DNA of 64,000 bases from Eutreptiella sp. 'Long Island Sound 2002'. Its lineage: Eukaryota; Protista; Euglenida. A program made the position numbers and the translations under genes. Under the pieces are notes generated by a model, which was not told the origin of the DNA, made no database searches, and was given only the letters and a program-made list of their open reading frames with translations. The DNA lies in contig OZ038378.1 of the NCBI GenBank assembly GCA_964036045.1, positions 84,196,001 through 84,260,000 on the forward strand, in the 5' to 3' direction. This document shows, piece by piece, positions 13,401 through 25,150 of the stretch; position 1 is the first letter of the stretch; each line of letters opens with the position of its first letter.

Positions 13401-15439
13401 TTGGGGTGGCCGCTGGTTGTGGGTTCGTGGCGTTACGGGGTTCTTCAGACCGGAGGTTCTCCCCCTCTGTGGGAGGTGCTGGATTGCCACGGTCCCCGGT
13501 GGCCGCGCCCTGTGGTGGTGCGCTGGTGGAGCCTGCGTGATGCCCTCGCGATGGTGAGTGGCGGCGTGCCGCTCTTTTGGCCGCACACTCCTGCCAGGGT
13601 CTGGACAGGTGGGCCTGTGATGGCTGCAGAGCTCCCGTGGCCCCCGTAGTGCGGCGGGGCGGCGACATTCAGGACTGCCCAGGCCAAGGCCGTATTTCCA
13701 TAGGTGCCCGGTTGTGGTGGAGGGACCAGTGGCTGTCCGGCCCGTGCGACCACAGGCCGTAGCCACTCGGGGACGGGGATCTGTCGCCCTGTCAACCATG
13801 CCGCCATGACCCTGTCGACGGTGTCAGAGCGCAGGCCTCCACTGCGCCAGAAGAGGTCTCCCCACTCATGGCCCTGGGCGTTTCGGGCGAGCCCCATGGC
13901 CCATTCGCTGTCCCCCACGGAGCCATCCAAAGGCGAATGGGAGGCGGCTTGTCAGGGCAACGGTGACTGCCCTGTAGTTGTGAATGTTCATTTCAGTCGG
14001 GGCCGAGGTGCTCGGCAGCTCGCCGGGGAGGGGTAGCCTGCCCCGGAGCACCGTGTCATAGGGCTCGTGGTCCGGGGCGTGGTCCGTGGGGTTGTCGCCT
14101 GCCGGTACCTGCCAGCCTGCCTGTCGGAGGGGGGGGCAGGCTGCGGTCGCGTCGGCACCTCCAGCGTCTCTAGCGAATCGACATCTGGGCTGTTCCCGCC
14201 CCCAATGTGGTCGTGCGGGGCAGAGACCTTCTGGGTGGTCAGCATCCTGATCGTGGCCAGCGTAAGGTCTTTGTCTTGGGTTTCCCTGGGGGGTGCAGAT
14301 GGGACACTGGTGCAGCTTGACCACGCACTGGCTGCAAAACCGGTGCCGTGTCTCCGCGCCGCCACGGCCAAGGTCATGGCCGAGGCGCCCCGGTTCTTAG
14401 GACACGGCGCACGGTTCCCCTGGTCCGCCCGGGTGGGGGGCCTCGCCCGTGGGTATCCTGAGGAGATCGTAGACAGCGAGCAGGGGACAGCGGGCTCAGG
14501 GGCGCGCGTGCCATGGGCTCGTGTATCGCAATGCGTGATGTGGTACAATGTGTGCCTGCGGTTTAGGGCTCCCCGTGGTTCCGGGCTGGCACGTCAATCT
14601 GCCGGCCCGATCGATGGGCTGCGTATGATCAGGTTGTAGTAGGTCCGTTGGTTGTCTGGGGCGTGCTGCGCCCCCTGTGTGTATAGTTGGGAACGATGTT
14701 GCAGCTTTGCGTCCGAACGTTTGATGGCCGTGAGTTGCATGTGGCTTACTGTGGCCTTTGTGTTGGGTGCATTGTCAGCGAGGATTCGGTAGAGCTCTAG
14801 TGGCACCGCCCGCCGTAATTCGGCTTCCTTGATCTCCAGTTTCTGCATCAGGCGGCCCAACCCGTTGGTCGGTGGGGTCACTGGGCCTCATCCGGCGTGT
14901 TGCGTGATCGTGTCCCCCGGTTTCCATGTGGCCCGGTGTACATCGTCCTGGGCCGGTGGGCATGTCTTCAATTGTTCGGGCGTCTCCGGTGTGTGCATGT
15001 GGCATGGACATATGGTTAATTTGGGTCGTATGTCAACACCCTTCCTGTTGTACCACCTTGCCAGTCTGACGTGTAGGGGCAGCTGCTCAAGCAGGAGCTG
15101 AGGCTGCCGTTTCTGTAGGTGTACTGGTAGCTAGGATGGGTCTAGGGCCGAGTAGTACAGCGTCGTTTGCAACTCCTGTTGGAGGCGGGTCATGAGGGTG
15201 TTGTCTGCGCGGCTGCCCCGGATGTGGGCCATTGTTCTGAGAGGCTGTGGGTAGTGGTATGCCCGCCCCGTGTCATTGTAGGTCATGTCGTCAGGCACCC
15301 AGGGTGGCGGCTCCCCCGGGTGCGGGATCGGGGGTAGGTGTTGCAGGTGGGTGTGCATGTGGTCGTATAGCAGGGGCTCGTCTGGGGTTCGTACGTGCTC
15401 TGGAAGTTGGTTGTGTGCATGTAGGTCGATGTGTCCATT

Positions 15440-15850
15440 GCCTAAGTTCTAGGCATGGGATCTTCTATTCTTAAGTGTAACACAATGTGCCCTGGCAGTT
15501 TCCGCAATGCCACCTACAGGTGCAGTGCTTGTGTGCCTAGGCTGGAGTCTGTCGCCGTGTGCAGCAGTCGTTTGGTGAGGCGCCGTAAGATCTGGAAGTC
15601 CACGGCTGCGTCAATTACAACCCATACGTGGTGCGGCTGACTTTGTGGTAAATTGGAGATGGCAGTAACGGCGTCCACAATGATTGCTAGTGTCTTCACT
15701 TCACCCTGCGATGAGGTCCCAAAAAAAGTGGTCCCCGTCAGGTGGTGTCGCCGTAGCTGGCCCGTTTCGTCTGGTTGTAGTGCCAGAGCCGCCCCTCTGG
15801 CGGCCTGCGGCAACAGGGACGTTGCCTGATATGCGTGGACCTGCGCTCCT
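15440..15850 (-). pseudogene. RNase H-like domain, copy 2 (first catalytic Asp segment deleted)
   Basis: ORF 15514..16209 has SSQGEVKTLAIIV and VWVVIDAAVDF but lacks the IFADASG segment present in copy 1. Confidence 0.68.
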
Positions 15851-16639
15851 CCCTCCGTGGTGGGCAAGGGCGTCGTGCTGGCTGGCTTGATGCGCCGGAC
15901 GGCGTAGACCCCGATTCCATGGTGTACACACTCGCGGTTCCTTTTGTGCCCTTGTATGAGGGAGTTGTGTATGCATTGGAGTAGGTACGCCCCTTGTGGG
16001 TTGTACGTGGTCCATTGAATGGGTTGTTTTTCCGGGACATCGCGTGAGCAACGGTCTTTGTTTTGATAGTGGCCAGCGTGAGGTCCTCGTCTTGGGTTTC
16101 CCTGGGGGCTGCAGATGGGACACTGGTGCAGCTTGACCACGCACTGGCTGCTAAACCAGTGACGCGTCTTGGTGCCGTTACAGCCAAGCTCATGGCCGAG
16201 GCGCCCCAATTCTTAGCACACGGTGCACGGTTCCCCCCGTATGCCTGGGTGCGGGGCCTCGCCCGTGGGCATCCTGAGGAAAGTTCAGACAGCGAGCAGG
16301 GGACAGCGGGTTCAGGGGCGCGCCTGCCATGGGCTCATGTATCGCAATGCGTGATGTGGTGCAATGTGTGCCTGCGGTTTAGGGCTCCCCGTGGTTCGCG
16401 GCTGGCGTGTTAATCTGCCGCCTGGACCGATGAGTAGTGTATGATCAGGTTGTAGTAGGTCCGTTGGTCCTTCGGGGCGTGCTCCGCCCCCTGTGCGTAT
16501 AGTTGGGTCCGATGTTGCAGCTGTGCGTCCGCATGTTTGATGGCCCTGAGTAGTATGTGGCTCACTGTGGCCTTTGTGTTGTGCATGTGGTTGTATAGCG
16601 GAGGCTCGTCCGGGGTTCGTACGTGTTCGGCGAGTTAGT

Positions 16640-17100
16640 TGTGTGCATCTAGGTCGATGTGTCCGTTGCCTAGGTTCTAGCGATGCGACTGCTGTTTTAT
16701 TGAGTGTAACACAATGTGCCCTGACAGATTTCGCAATGCCAACCACAGGTGTGGTGCTTGCGTGCCTAGGCTGGAGTCTGTCGCCGTGTGCAGCAGTCCC
16801 TTGGTGTGGCGCCGTACGATCTGGAAGTCCACGGCTGCGTCAATTACAACCCATACGTGGTGCGGCTGACTTTGTGGTAACTTCGAGATGGCGGAAACGG
16901 CGTCCACAATGATTGCTAGTGTCTTCAGTTCAACCTGCGATGAGGCCCCAAAAATAGTGGTCCCCGTCAGGTGGTGTTGCCGTAGCTGGCCCGTTTTGTC
17001 TGGTCATAGTGCAAGAGCCGCCCCTCCGGCTGCCGGTGTGAGGCCCGTCGTGCCAGAGGCGTCCGCAAATATGACGGTGTTCTGGTCGTCTGGCCGGGGC
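16640..17100 (-). pseudogene. RNase H-like domain of the long LINE, copy 1
   Basis: VIFADASG...AAGGAALAL (first Asp), SSQVELKTLAIIV (Glu), VWVVIDAAVDF (second Asp). Order and spacing are those of retroelement RNase H; frameshifted. Confidence 0.72.
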
Positions 17101-18599
17101 ATGCGGCACGGGGACGTTGCCTGATATGCGTGGACGTGCGCTCCTCCCTCCGTGGTCGCCCAGGGCGTTGTGCTGGCCGGCTTGATCCGCGGGATGGCGT
17201 AAACCTTGGTTCCTTGGTGGACAATCTCCGTCGCCGTGGCATTCATCCGTACACACTCGCGTTTCCTTTTGTGCCCGCGTATGAGGTAGTTGTGTATGCA
17301 TTGGAGTAGGTACGCCCGTTGTTGGTGGTACGCGGTCCATTGAATGGTTCGTGTCTCTGGGACCTCGCGTGAGCAACGGTGTTTGTTTGGATAGGCAGGC
17401 GCCTCCCGCTTCGTGCTGCGGTGTTTTGCCAGTACTGGGGAGGTGAGGGCGGGGTGTCTGGTGCGGAACGCCCCTCGGTGGACACGCCACCCTGCCAGGG
17501 TATTGGGCTGCCAAGTCACCGTCTCTAGCGTACCCCCCAGGGCCGGTTCGATATGCGTGTGTAGCCACCGCTGCTGTTCCGCTGTAGCATGGGCTGTCGG
17601 TATGTGGTGGTGGCGCGCCAACAGTTGCAGGATGGGCCATGGTGTGGCCAGGGCATGGGGTCTGCATCGCCAGCATGTGGTGGGTATGCCTGTCAGTGGG
17701 TCCTGCGGTATCAGCGGTGAGCAGAACTGGCATGCTGGCGGTGGGGGTAGCATCCATAGTTGCCCTGCGCTCTGCCGGGTCGTACGGTGATTTTGAGGTG
17801 GTTGTGCGCCAATAAGAGGACCGCCAGTATCGTCGTTTCCGGAACATTTGCCAGTTGTTCTGATTGCCGGTGCTGGGCCTGGTTTCTTGTCGGGGGGCTT
17901 TGTGGTATGGGCTGCTTGTAAGTGCCCCATAACAGGTTCGCTGGAGGACTCGCATTGGGTTAGGCGTCACCTTCACGAGGTGCAGTGTGGTGCCCACTTG
18001 ATCGAGGGTGGTGGTGTCCCCTGTGGGCCCCCCGCCCACATCAATGTGTAGGACAGCTATGGGGCCTGTACCCTCGCATTTGTGGTTTGTTTGAAAGACA
18101 TGCCTGTGGTGTGGCAGCAGGAGCTGTAGGTGATTTCATATGCTTGTTCCTACTGTGGTGGGGAGGCCACGTTGGTGGGGGATGTATTGGGGACATGTGT
18201 TGCGGCGGTGCTGGGCTTCTTGTAGCGTTAGTGTGAAGACTTTCCGTACCTCTGTTTCCTGGTTGTGCATGTAGGTGGGTTGCGGTGTGCGCGGTGTATG
18301 CGTTACGGACCAGGTGGTCGGTGCTGTCCCCGTAGTATGGCGCTGATGCTGCCCGGACCTCTGCAGGGAGGGATGTGGGCCGGTGGCCGTGGATGGCCCA
18401 CGCACGTCAAATTGTGGTGCCGGCCCTTTGCAGCATGTGTTTGGGGTGTGTCAGGTGCAGGGCATGGAACCCGATGGCTGCATTTAGCACGGCTTGTAGG
18501 AAGTACGCCAGGGCCTGGGTGGACAGCGCTGCTATGCGCGCGATGACTAGGGTGCGGGTTAGTTGAGCGTTCCAGGTTCGGTGGTAGGGTGACCCCTTC

Positions 18600-19600
18600 C
18601 GGTGTGGCCCGCTGTTGAGTCCCCAGATAGGTTAAATTGTCCGTCGGGGTCATGGGTGCGTCTGGGGGGAGAAGAGGTGGGGATGGTGCATTGTGTACCA
18701 TGGTGTCTGACTGCACGTTGTGTACCAGTTGCTGGTTGCTTTCGGGGTAGCTGGTAATGTCCCGGAGTACCTGGTTAGCCCTGACGTTGTCTGGGGCGCC
18801 TGAGAGGAGTTGGCGGGCGGTGGCGGTAACGACGGCCACGTGATCCGCGAACGACGGCGGTGTGGTTCGTAGGGGGTACGGTGCTACACCAGGGTAGGTG
18901 CGCCGTGTGTAGAAGGCCAGTGGGAGCGTGACGAGGAGGAACAGGAATGGGCTCTCTGCGCCTCTCTGCGGGACTCCACTGGTGGGGTGGCTCCACGGCG
19001 TTGTGCTAACATCGGTTTGTACCGCGTATAGGCGGGTGGCGAGGTACACCTGTAGAAATCCTTGAGAGGGAAGTCCCATGTGTTCCCGGATGGCCTGTGG
19101 AAGGCGGTGTGGGGTGTTGGGGAAAGCCCCCTTGAAGTCTGGGGACGTGAGGATGAGGCTGATGGGGTCCATAACCACCACCCCGTCCTGCATGAAAAGG
19201 GCTTCCAGTGGTGAGCGTTCCGGTATTGCTCCCCACATCGTGGGTCGGATGGCCCGGTACACTACTGGGGCCACTCGTTTCATGATGAACATCCAGATGA
19301 GCTCCGCCTCCGTGGTGGCGCACACGATGGGCCTCCAGTTGTCCGAGTTTGCCCAGTCTCCTTTCTTGTACAGGGGGTGTACGAGGTTCGCCCAGTCCGG
19401 TGGTATGTCTGCCCTCCCTATGGCCTATGTCCTAGAGACGCGCCGCCAGGTGCCTGTTCAGGTGGAGCAGGAGTCGACAGTAGAGCTCGGCAGGTAGGCC
19501 TTCTACTGCTGGCGTTTTCCCTGGTTTCAGTTTGTGCAACACCTCATCCAATGGTGAACGGGGTTCGGTGCACGTGGCGTCCCTGTGCCCGTTTTTCCAG
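18600..19600 (-). pseudogene. Reverse-transcriptase domain of the long LINE (degenerate)
   Basis: KTPAVEGLPAELY, KKGDWANSDNWRPI, DFKGAFPNTPH, GVPQRGAESPFLF, and SFADH in place of YADD. Confidence 0.85.
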
Positions 19601-20199
19601 TTGCGGTAGATGAGATATGAGGTGCTTGGTGTAGTCAGATAGTTCTCCGTCCTGGGCATTGTATTGGCGTTTGAAGCTGTTGGACACCTCCTCGATTACC
19701 ACTTTGGGTAGGTTGGTCACTGTGCCGTCCTGTGGGCGCACGGCCCTGATGCCTCGGTGACCGGTTTCCCCCAAGATGTTGTCCACGTGCTTCAGTGACT
19801 TGTACGGTCTGGTATGTTGGAGGTTCCTTTGTTGCTCCTGCGCCAGGTCCTTGGCGCGACATTCGTGCCACTCCCTGAGGTGCCGCCGTGTGGTTTCCAG
19901 CCGTGCCGCAATGCGGTTGGTGTGTTGTTGGGTGTGTGTGTCGTGGGAGTGAATGGTCATATGCAGGTCTCGTTTATCACACCATATGGCGGTGACCATG
20001 GAGCGTACTTCCCGGGGCGGGGTCGTAGTCTCTTGCTCGTGCTTGCCCCCCTCGTGGAGGCCACACGCGGTTGCTGCTTGTCTCATGGCGAGGTTCAGGT
20101 CCGGGTCTCTCCCGTGGACGGGGATGCGGTCCGCTGTGCGGTAGTATGTCATCCACTTGGGTGTGTCGTGTTCCTCCGGGGGGCGGATGGGGAGTTGCG

Positions 20200-20900
20200 C
20201 GTCCTGGTCCATACTGTCCGAGGGGGCCGCAGGGACGTGTAACACCTTAAGCCGCACCTCTAGTGGGCGGTGGCATTGGATGGCAGATCGTGGTACTGTG
20301 TCCGTGTTACCTCCACGTGTGTTGGATCTGCATAGCAAAGGTCTATGCGTGAATCTCTCGCTCCTGGCTGCGGGGGCCGGTGCGAGGCCTGGCCCCTTAG
20401 GAAGGTCGTGAGGTCCTGCAGGCCCAGGTGCCGCATGGCCATCCTGACGGCCGTGTTCTTCGGTATCAGTCACCCTCCTCGGTCGTCCATTGTGGGGGCG
20501 GCATTGAAGTCTCCTATGATGAAGGCCGGGCCTATCATGGCCAAGTGTTAGTAGGCCTCCATGAGGTGCTCGAGGCGTCGCAGAGCGGGACATGCACGTT
20601 GATGATGTTGAGTTGCCAGTTCATATGCCGCCAGTCGGCCTTCAATGCCTAGGTGTCGATGGATGTGGACGTGAACCTCGTGCTTGTAAGACATAGGTAC
20701 ACCTTTCACCCATGTGGTCTGGTATTGGTACCCCTTCGGGTGAGGATGGGTGTCACGTTCAGCGTGTCGTTGCGGGTCCTGAGCGCCTTCTCCTGCAACA
20801 GAATGGCGTCGGGGTCACATCCCGCCATGATGGGTATCTGGTGTAGGTCTGAGGCCTTGGCTTCGTCGTACACAACCCCTGGCTCGTTCAGGGCCATCAG
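20200..20900 (-). pseudogene. AP-endonuclease domain of the long LINE
   Basis: DAILLQE (ORF 20706..20897), QLNIINVHVP and FIIGDFNA (read from 20500-20620), SRIDLCY (ORF 20260..20442). Spread over several frames. Confidence 0.8.
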
Positions 20901-21564
20901 GGCAACGAGTGCGGCCGTGACCTTGCTGGTGGGTGGTTTCGCGGTGGTGGTTTCCCGTTTCGTCCGCTGGGCCGGGAGTCATCGTCCCAGGCATACCTTC
21001 CGGGCCAGGGCCGTCACCACTCGTTGTTCCTCTCGGATGTCAGGCTCCTCCAGCCAGGCTTCCGGTATGTCCCCCGTCCAGACTGTCTCTCGCGCCACCT
21101 GGTTGTCTGGTGTGCGGAGCTGCAGCGAGTACTCCGGGAACAGCCTGTCGTCCCACAGCTCACAGTTGGATGTGGTCGCTTTCTTGCCCCACTCCAGCAA
21201 AGGTCCACACGCAATATTCAGTTGTAGGTCGCAGTGTTTGCCCGCTGTGGCCATTCGGTGCTTTATTGCGCCGTGGAACCAGACCCATTGTTTGGCCTGT
21301 CCCTTCAGTAAACAGACATAGACCACTTGCACTTTAATTCCGTCAGGGTATTCGGGGTGCATAGCCTTGCCTTTGTCGGATGTGAAGTACGGGCAGGTGT
21401 GGGGTTTTGGTTTGCGCTCGGGTGGGGGCGGCGCCGCTTTTGGTGCCGGCTTAGGTCGTTTGGCCCGCCGGGCCGGTGCCCCTTCCCCCTCCGGTCGGGG
21501 CCGTGGCTTTGGCCGCATTGGCTCCGGCGCTGGCTGAGGGGCCGGCTTGGGGGCGTTGCGTATT

Positions 21565-22860
21565 TGGAAGAGCCCAAACGAACACACCCACACCGCGCAC
21601 CCATGCCAGGAGTGGCTTGGTCACCGCGCATCCGTGAGAGGAGTGGCTGGGTGCAAGCAGAGCGCGCACACGAGCACACACACAGCCCAACACCCCAGCC
21701 AGGAGTGGCGGGGCGCAGCCGAAACCCGAGCCCAAACACACGCACCCACAACGCGCACCCGTGCCAGGAGTGGCTGGGTCACCGCGCACCCGTGCCAGAA
21801 GTGGCTGGGTGCAAGCGGTGCGCGCACACAAGCACACACACAGCCCAATACCCCAGCCAGGAGTGGCGGGGCGCAGCTGAAACCCGAGCCCAAACAGACA
21901 CACCCACACCGCACACCCCTGCCAGGAGTGGCTGGGTCACAGCGCACCCGTGCCAGGAGTGGCTGGGTGCAAGCGGAGCGCGCACACGAGCACACACACA
22001 GCCCAACTCCCGGGCCAGGAGTGGCGGGGCGCACCCGAAACCTGAGCCCAAACACACACAGCCACACCTCGCACACCAGCCAGGAGTGGCTGGGTGCAAG
22101 CGGAGCGCGCACACAAACACACACACAGCCCAACAGCCCAGCCAGGAGTGGCGGGGCGCAGCCCAAGCCCGAGCCCAAGCACACACACCCAAGCCGCACA
22201 CCCCAGCCAGGAGAGGCGGGGTACAGGAGGAGCAAGCACACCAGCACACACACACCCCAACACCCCAGCCAGGAGTCACGGGGCGCAGCTTGAACCCGAA
22301 CCCAACCACACACACCCACACCGCGCACCCGTGCCAGGAGTGGCAGGCAACAAGCGGGGCGAACACACAAGCGCACACACACCCCAACACCCAAGCTAGG
22401 AGTGACGGGGCGCAGCCGAAACCCGAACCCAACCACAACCCAGACCAAAACACAAGCGCCACGCAACAGTAGGAAACCCAGTGTCCATAGCCCGGGCACT
22501 GAGGCAGCCCTCGCCATGCAGGTGACCCGGCCAAACGAGATCCGGAGAGCGGGGGTAAGGCTGCATCCTAAGGCCTCCGCTGCTTTGGGACTCGAGGCGG
22601 AGCGTGCGACACCCAAGCACCTCGAAACCCCAGTACCAAGAACATGCATGCATGCCTTGGGAAAGGGATACGCCAGGAAGTCCGGTGAACCCCTAGGGTT
22701 CCGCCCAATAGAGGGGACGTGCGCGAGCACGGGGGCCCATATTCCCGGCATGACAAGCAGTCACGCTGGCGGCGATCAGCCCTCCCGGTGTTACCCGAGG
22801 CCGCTTTGATGGGGGCCACCAGTCAGGTCTAGCGGGATGTAAGCCCCCTCGGCTCTTCAC
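21565..22860 (+). repeat. Inserted repeat element: degenerate ~100-130-bp tandem units (ggagtggctgggtgcaagcggagcgcgcacac...ccaggagtggcggggcgcagccgaaacccgagcccaaac) followed by a unique GC-rich segment
   Basis: About 8 visible degenerate units at 21565-22440. It interrupts the long LINE upstream of its APE domain. The overlapping ORFs are repeat artefacts. Confidence 0.8.
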
Positions 22861-24919
22861 GTGCGGAACCTCTTCCTGTTTGTCACAGGGGCGACGCCAG
22901 GGGGAACCATGGGGCGCCTCTCCACGACCAAGTGCACCTACCTACCTACCTTGGAAGATGTTGTACGCCGGTCTGTGTCCTTCCCTCGGCCGGTGCATGT
23001 TCCGCATCTTGTTGGCGTGGGTACGCAGGCTGTCGGTGCGGCTTCTGATAGTCTGTTCCCCGTCCGCGGGCCATAAGATCCAGCGTTGCATCTGTGTCAT
23101 CCCAAGCCTGCGTACGTAAGCCGCTACATTGCGTGCCAGGGTGAGCCACGTGGCGGGGAGTGTGTTGTTGGTGGCCGGGGCGTGCACTGTCCAGTGCACG
23201 GTCGTTTTGAGTGCATGCCAGTGTGCCAGGGGGTGGTTAGTGTGGTGGGCCGAGTGTCTGAAACGGTCCCCTGGCTGTTTGCGTCTCTGGTGTGTGTGTG
23301 TGTGCCCTGGTCGCAGTGCCCTTCCCATCCCACTGTGCGCCCCACCAGGTGTGCTGGTGGCACATCAAGGTAACTTTAGGGATGTCCGAGGTGTGGTCAA
23401 GGACCGTCCAGTCCGTGACCTTCAGCCCGACTCGTGGCATACATTGCTCTGGTGGGCCGCTGAGTGACCTGAGTTGTAGCAGTTGGTCCATCAGTTCCGG
23501 CGTCAGGGTGTGCTGTGACGGAGAGTGGCAAGGTGGGTTCTGCAACCCAAGCCACCATGCCTGTTGACGTCGGGAAACTCCAGTACGCGGTGGAGACCCC
23601 CGATTGGTGGCTGTTTTGGGTGTCCGGGAGCTCTAGGGAGAGTGCCTCCCTGATTTGGGACACCGCTTCCGGGTGTATGGTGGTTGGGTGGTGCCAGACG
23701 GTATGTCTGGCGGTGCTGAGGCACGTTTGGGTGGCTCGTTTCGCGGGTTCCATCGTTTGTTGGGTGAGCGTGTGGTCGAGGGCGGCGTTGCTCATTTGTT
23801 CCATCTCTGTGGTCCATCGCTGTCGCCAGTTGGTCGTCTTTGGGTCGCCTACCACACTCTCTACGGTATAACGGATGGCCGACCATTCCGAGTCTGGGTC
23901 AATGGCAATGTCGGCGTCCCTGCTTGCTGTCACCCAGATGGCCTGCATTGGTCTTGCTTGGGGCATTTCGTCATTGTCTCCGAGGGTGGCGCCTTCGATG
24001 GTGGCTGTGCCCTGTATGGTGATGAAGAGGTGTTCAGCTGGCGATAGTTGTATCGGTTTCGTTGTGATGAGGTGTATAGCTTCTACTGCGACCAGCCCAA
24101 GGAGGATCTCTTTCCAGTTAATGGTGCGTGTCGGCAGCGTCCACGTAGGCGTTATGCGGCGGGTGTGGTTTCCGTCACGTGGCAATAGGTAGTTGTCCGG
24201 GATGTGGTGGTTGGTGAGGGGCTTCTGCATGTGTTGGCCTGTGGTGGTAGGTTCGGCGTCTTTTTGGACTGGCCGGTCGTGTTCTTTTAGTGAGGAGTCG
24301 TCTCTGGTTGGGGCTGTGGGTCGCGGTGGAGTGGGGGGTATGTACAGCTCGGGTATTGGTTGTGGTGTTGCTGGTTTGAGGTCGGTGATCGTATGTGCCC
24401 CCGTGGCCGCATCCCCGTGGAGGTATACCTTTAGTGCGGGAACCCCAATGAGGTCCCACTCGCGTGGGTTGTCGGATGCTGAATGAAGGTGGAGATGTTG
24501 TTGATTGGTCCAGCTGTGGTAGGCCAGGATGGCATTGGCGACGGCGGGTTTGTAGCTGTCGGGAAAGGGGTGTCTCGGCGCCGTGTGCCAAATGGTCGCG
24601 GTCCCCCTCGGGCACCAGGTCGTTCCATGTCGTGGGGGGTGTGATCAATGGTTGTCCTGTGTGTCTTGCGGGTACCTCTGTCTCGTACTACGGGCAGTCC
24701 TGCAACATTCGCTCCACGTATCTGACGTCTGTGTATGGCTGGATGCTGTGTTCCGCCAGGGTGCAAGCATGAGCCAGGAGCCTGCACAGCGGGATGACAT
24801 ATGCGTGGACTAAGGGTCAAAAGAATTATTGGACTAGATGACAAGCAAAGTTGACGGGGGGTGGTCATGTTTCTTATAGTTCAATTAGTCTAGCTCATGA
24901 CATGGGCAATTAGTCTTGG

Positions 24920-25150
24920 GGGTGAACTTGTTGCCCTAGCATGATGTACCATGATGGTGCAAGACAACTTATTGTCCTAGCGTGATTCACCATGATGGTG
25001 CGGGGCAACTTGTTCTCCTAGCATGATACACCGCTATCTCAACTTGTTGCCCTAGCATGATCCACCACAATCTTCACGGCCAGCTTGCTGTCCTAGCATG
25101 ATATACCACTTTTTCAACTTTTTGTCCTACCTAGTATGATGTACCATTGT
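24920..25150 (+). repeat. About six ~35-42-bp tandem units with core AACTTGTTGCCCTAGCATGAT (candidate left subterminal repeats)
   Basis: The core recurs at about 24925, 24967, 25008, 25040, 25083 and 25115. The reverse complement recurs at 63939-64000. Confidence 0.85.

Larger units (their letters stand above)
7340..24810 (-). mobile_element. Very long decayed non-LTR retrotransposon: N-terminal region - APE - RT - RNase H - (Cys-rich) - low-complexity linker - Ulp1-like domain; contains nested insertions and an internal duplication
   Basis: Continuous GC-rich minus-strand coding-like sequence. APE motifs at 20200-20900, RT at 18600-19600, RNase H at 16640-17100 and a C48-like region at 9310-10400, with many stops and frameshifts. 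The 3' boundary (~7340) is uncertain. The 5' boundary is the abrupt compositional switch at ~24810. Confidence 0.7.

Noticed and set aside
21568-22858. 8-bp inverted match GAAGAGCC/GGCTCTTC as TIRs of the tandem-repeat insertion
   Set aside because: Too short, partly contained in the internal repeat unit, and with no flanking TSD.
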